A DNA stretch of 64,000 nt from Candidatus Bathyarchaeota archaeon (GTDB taxonomy: Archaea > Thermoproteota > Bathyarchaeia > Bathyarchaeales > Bathycorpusculaceae), in contig CAVZIW010000008.1 of assembly GCA_963775465.1 (NCBI GenBank), positions 1-64,000 of the forward strand, written 5' to 3'. The stretch's first letter is position 1; the number at the start of each line of letters is the position of its first letter. Below the pieces are notes generated by a model. It saw nothing but the letters and a program-made list of their open reading frames with translations, had not been told where the DNA came from and did no database searches. This document shows, in pieces, positions 59,917-64,000 of the stretch. Made by a program: the position numbers and the translations under genes.

Positions 59917-61239
59917 ATGGGCATTTTTAGAGCCTATGACATTAGAGGAATTTACGGCAAAGATTTAACAGAAGACATCATGACTCGCATAGGTGAAGCT
60001 GCAGGAACCCTATATTCTGGCACTTTTACGGTCGGACGGGATTTCAGAGAGCATGGAGCTAAACTTGAGAATGCATTCATTTTAGGATTGAAAAAAACGG
60101 GGTCAAATGCAGTTCTACTCGGACCTTGCCCTGCAAGTCTTTGTGTCTTTGCCAACTGGAAAATGGAGAATAATGCGACAGCTTATATAACCGCGTCTCA
60201 TCTGCCAGCGGAGTGGAACGGCGTTAAATTCTTCCATGAAAACGGAGTCGGTTTTTTCGAAGATGAAAACAAAAAACTGGGCGAGATAAGCTCCTCAAAA
60301 ATTTTTAAAATAGGGACAGGAACAACAAGAAAACTTGAAGGAATGGACGTCGAATACGCTAATTTCATTGCTGAAAAAATAAAACCTGCAAGAATAACTG
60401 TAGTCGCCGACTTCGGAAACGGGGCGGCATGTCTATTGGTGCCTAAAATACTCAAGAAAATAGGAGTCAAAGCCACTTTCCTTTTTGATTGGCCCGACCC
60501 AAAATTCTCGAATAGAGACCCTGAACCGAAACCAGAATCGCTAACCGCTCTGTGTGACAAAGTTGTTATGCAGAAGGCCGATCTTGGAATAGCATTTGAT
60601 GGCGATGGCGACAGAGCTATTTTCGTCGATGACACAGGCAAGGTCATTAGAACTGAGCAAAGCGCGATCCTCTTCATTAGAGACATAATGAAAACTCAAA
60701 GAGGACCTGTAGTCGCCAACATTGAATGCTCAGACATTATAGAGGATGAGGTTAAGAAATATGGGGAACAGGTGTTTCGAGTACCAGTTGGCCACACTTT
60801 TTTGGTGCAGGAAACCAAAAAACATAAAGCTGTAATTGGTATTGAAGAATCTGGGCACATTTGTGTTCCAAAGTTCTATTGGTTCGATGATGCAATAATA
60901 AACAGTATGTACATGGCAGAAATCGTCTCAAAAATGGGGCAGAAACTGTCAGAAGTCGTGAAAGAGCTACCATCAAGGCTTTTCAAAAGAATCGAAATAA
61001 AGAGCTCTGACGAATCAAAGTTTCATGTTATCAATAAGGTAAAAGAAAAAGCAATGGAAACTTACAGAAACCTAAATACCCTTGACGGTGTCAAAATTGT
61101 TTTATCAGATTCGTGGGCTCTGATCAGAGCATCAAACACATCACCAATACTACGTTTATCGATCGAAGCAAGAGATCAAAAAAGGCTTGATGAACTCGAG
61201 AGTGAAATGAGAAAACTAATAGAGAGTGTCGATGAATGA
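59917..61239 (+). CDS. Phosphomannomutase/phosphoglucomutase
   Basis: IFRAYDIRG, TASHLP, FDGDGDR, GIEESGH, RASNTSP. Confidence 0.93.
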   Translation: MGIFRAYDIRGIYGKDLTEDIMTRIGEAAGTLYSGTFTVGRDFREHGAKLENAFILGLKKTGSNAVLLGPCPASLCVFANWKMENNATAYITASHLPAEWNGVKFFHENGVGFFEDENKKLGEISSSKIFKIGTGTTRKLEGMDVEYANFIAEKIKPARITVVADFGNGAACLLVPKILKKIGVKATFLFDWPDPKFSNRDPEPKPESLTALCDKVVMQKADLGIAFDGDGDRAIFVDDTGKVIRTEQSAILFIRDIMKTQRGPVVANIECSDIIEDEVKKYGEQVFRVPVGHTFLVQETKKHKAVIGIEESGHICVPKFYWFDDAIINSMYMAEIVSKMGQKLSEVVKELPSRLFKRIEIKSSDESKFHVINKVKEKAMETYRNLNTLDGVKIVLSDSWALIRASNTSPILRLSIEARDQKRLDELESEMRKLIESVDE

Positions 61240-63683
61240 GTAAAGTTCTTTTAACTACGGAAGAGGCAAAGAAAGCTAATATCGATGAACTGCTCCGCAG
61301 ACTTTCTGCAGGTAGGGAAGGTCTTTCTTCCTCAGAAGCTGAAGAAAGACTTGTACGATATGGTCCTAATGAAATTCAGGAGAAAAAAACTAACCCGCTG
61401 CTAAAGTTTCTGCGCTATTTTTGGGGTCCAATTCCTTGGATGATTGAGGCAGCAGTAATAATGTCAGCTGTCATCCAACGATGGCCTGATTTTGCAATAA
61501 TTTTAACATTACTATTAGTCAACGCTATAGTAGGTTCTTGGCAGGAACGCAAAGCAGGAAACGCCATTGACTTATTGAAACAAAGGCTAGCCATAAAAGC
61601 GAGAGTCCTGCGGGACAGAAAATGGCAAGAAATGCCGGCAGAAAAACTAGTGCCAGGCGACATTGTTCGATTACGTTTGGGAGAAATTATTCCCGCAGAT
61701 GTCAAAATAGTTGAAGGAGATTACCTCTTAACTGATGAATCTGCTCTAACAGGTGAATCGCTCCCTGTTGAGAAGCATCTCTCCGACATAGGATACGCAA
61801 GTTCAATTGTCAAACAAGGTGAAATGAACGCGGTTGTTGTAAATACCGCTGCAAGAACTTTTTTCGGTAAGACTGCCAAACTTGTGGAACAAGCCCGAAC
61901 ACCTAGCCACTTCCAAAAAGCCATCGGAAAAATAGGTGACTACCTGATTTTCCTGGCGATTGGACTCGTATTAATTATCGCTGTGGCATCGATTCTTCGT
62001 GGTCAAAACATTTTAGACATTATTCAATTTTCATTGATTTTAACTGTTGCTGGAATACCTGCGGCTCTCCCTGCGGTTTTGTCAGTAACTATGGCTATAG
62101 GTGCTATTGCCCTCGCTAAAAAGGAAGCGATAGTTAGCAAATTGGTTGCAATTGAAGAAATGGCGAGCATGGACGTGTTATGCTCAGATAAGACAGGTAC
62201 TATAACTGAGAATTCTCTAACTATGGGCGGAACAAAACAATACGGTGAATTCAAAGAAAACGACATACTGTTAGCTAGTGCACTTGCTTCACGCGAAGAA
62301 GATCAAGATCCGATTGATAAAGCAATCTTTGCAAAAACAAAGACTTACCCCGCTATTTCTGATCAACTTAACCACATTAAAGCGAAGAGTTTTAAACCCT
62401 TTGATCCAGTCATCAAGAGAACTGAAGCAACTGTGCAAGAAGATGACGGAACACAATTTAAGGTTTCAAAAGGCGCCCCTCAAGTGATTTTATCATTGAT
62501 TGAAGATAAGGAATCAATTAGCGCCAAATTGGCGGAAGATGTTGACGAATTTGCTAAAAAAGGATATAGAGCTCTTGGTGTGGCTCGAACTAACAGAATC
62601 AATAAATGGCAATTTATGGGCTTAATTGCTTTATTTGATCCACCGAGAGCGGATTCTGCCCAAACAATAAAAACTGCCCAATCGATGGGTGTTGAAGTGA
62701 AGATGGTTACAGGCGATCATGTAGCTATCGCTAGAGAAATATCGTCCGAAGTAAATTTGGGAACTAACATTGTTCTTCCTGATGTTCTTATGGGACCGCA
62801 TGAAAAAGACTCGCAAGAAGCAGTTGAAAAAGCTGAAGGGTTTGCAGAGGTCTTTCCTGAACACAAGTATCATATTGTCGAACTCCTCCAAAATAGTGGA
62901 CATATTGTAGGCATGACTGGCGATGGTGTTAATGATGCTCCTGCTTTAAAGAAAGCTAATGCGGGAATTGCTGTAGAGGGCGCCACCGACGCTGCAAAAT
63001 CAGCGGCAGATATTGTTCTAACAAAACCAGGTCTCTCTGTCATAATTGACGCTATAAAGGAAAGCCGCAAGATTTTCCAGCGCATGACTAACTATTGTAC
63101 TTATCGAATTGCTGAAACTATCAGGATTCTTCTTTTTATGACTGCATCAATTCTCGTTTTTCAGTTTTTCCCAATTAGTGCTCTGATGCTTGTTTTGCTA
63201 GCACTTCTAAATGATTTGCCAATAATGACCATAGCTTATGATAGAGTGAAATATTCAAATAAACCTGAAAAATGGGACATGCGAACTCTGTTGGGAATAG
63301 CAACGTTTCTTGGTGTAATTGGGGTCTTCTCAACTTTTGGGATTCTTTATATCGGATTAGTTGTGCTGAAGTTAGACCCTCTTGTGCTTCAATCTTTCAT
63401 ATATCTTAAGCTTGCAGTGGCGGGAAATATGACTGTATTTGTCGCGAGAACAAAAGGTCACTTTTGGTCTGTGAAACCGGCGAAGCAGCTTCTTTTTGCC
63501 TCCATAGCTGTTCAATTAACTGCTCTAATAATTACTGTATATGGGATTTTGCTTCCTGCAATGGGTTGGGGACTTGCTGCTCTTGTTTGGGGTTACGCGT
63601 TTACACTTTTCTTTATAACTGACATTGCAAAAGTAGGGCTATATAAACTACTGGATCACACTGGCATAAAGTTCCATAATTAA
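61236..63683 (+). CDS. Plasma-membrane proton-efflux P-type ATPase (type IIIA)
   Basis: FWGPIPWMIE, TGES, IPAALPAV, DKTGT, KGAPQ, GDGVNDAP, TM6 LLND. Confidence 0.93.
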   Translation: MSKVLLTTEEAKKANIDELLRRLSAGREGLSSSEAEERLVRYGPNEIQEKKTNPLLKFLRYFWGPIPWMIEAAVIMSAVIQRWPDFAIILTLLLVNAIVGSWQERKAGNAIDLLKQRLAIKARVLRDRKWQEMPAEKLVPGDIVRLRLGEIIPADVKIVEGDYLLTDESALTGESLPVEKHLSDIGYASSIVKQGEMNAVVVNTAARTFFGKTAKLVEQARTPSHFQKAIGKIGDYLIFLAIGLVLIIAVASILRGQNILDIIQFSLILTVAGIPAALPAVLSVTMAIGAIALAKKEAIVSKLVAIEEMASMDVLCSDKTGTITENSLTMGGTKQYGEFKENDILLASALASREEDQDPIDKAIFAKTKTYPAISDQLNHIKAKSFKPFDPVIKRTEATVQEDDGTQFKVSKGAPQVILSLIEDKESISAKLAEDVDEFAKKGYRALGVARTNRINKWQFMGLIALFDPPRADSAQTIKTAQSMGVEVKMVTGDHVAIAREISSEVNLGTNIVLPDVLMGPHEKDSQEAVEKAEGFAEVFPEHKYHIVELLQNSGHIVGMTGDGVNDAPALKKANAGIAVEGATDAAKSAADIVLTKPGLSVIIDAIKESRKIFQRMTNYCTYRIAETIRILLFMTASILVFQFFPISALMLVLLALLNDLPIMTIAYDRVKYSNKPEKWDMRTLLGIATFLGVIGVFSTFGILYIGLVVLKLDPLVLQSFIYLKLAVAGNMTVFVARTKGHFWSVKPAKQLLFASIAVQLTALIITVYGILLPAMGWGLAALVWGYAFTLFFITDIAKVGLYKLLDHTGIKFHN

Positions 63684-64000
63684 AAGCATGGAACTTCTCA
63701 AAAATAATAGCTTGTTTAACTGAATAGTAAGTGCAAGGAATTTGAAAACCTTCTTTTTACTTTTAGTATCTTGAATTTTTCACTTCTAGTGCCATCAACT
63801 ACCTGATTTATTTATCAGTCTATAAAGTAACTATCTAACACACAAACCAATCTTGTATCACTGGCATCAGGGTTATGTTTAAGAAGATAATCAATTTATT
63901 TTTAGAAATTGATGAGTAATGAGAATAGGTTATCCTTGCATAAATCGAACAATTGACTGCACTGCAAACAGCACTTTTCGTCTAAAATCTTACTCTGAAA

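Overview
Archaeal chromosomal window, most likely Bathyarchaeia. This is inferred from archaeal GatDE, PurP x2, Lsm, RIO2 and eS30, a diphthamide-less EF-2 paralog and a large PQQ-type beta-propeller surface protein. It is mostly housekeeping and metabolism: hdrCB-mvhGA hydrogenase, purE/purC/purP/purP, pyrI, elp3-gatD-gatE, tyrS, ars genes, dsrE-tusA-iscS-iscU, a 3xSGNH + 2xacyltransferase-3 cluster, glgP-pmm-H+-ATPase and three tRNAs (Ile2-CAT, Leu-CAG, His-GTG). I saw no CRISPR array, transposase or integrase. The most striking unexplained element is a ~290-nt non-coding region on the minus strand (about 31889-32181). It has its own BRE/TATA, a perfect 13-bp closing helix and two homologous 94-nt-spaced domains with covarying stems and a covarying loop-tail pseudoknot, and it ends in a GAAA hairpin plus U-tract. 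I read it as a candidate novel structured ncRNA. A second nested-helix non-coding region lies upstream of tyrS (about 48743-48995). All calls come from reading motifs by eye; no database searches or folding programs were run.
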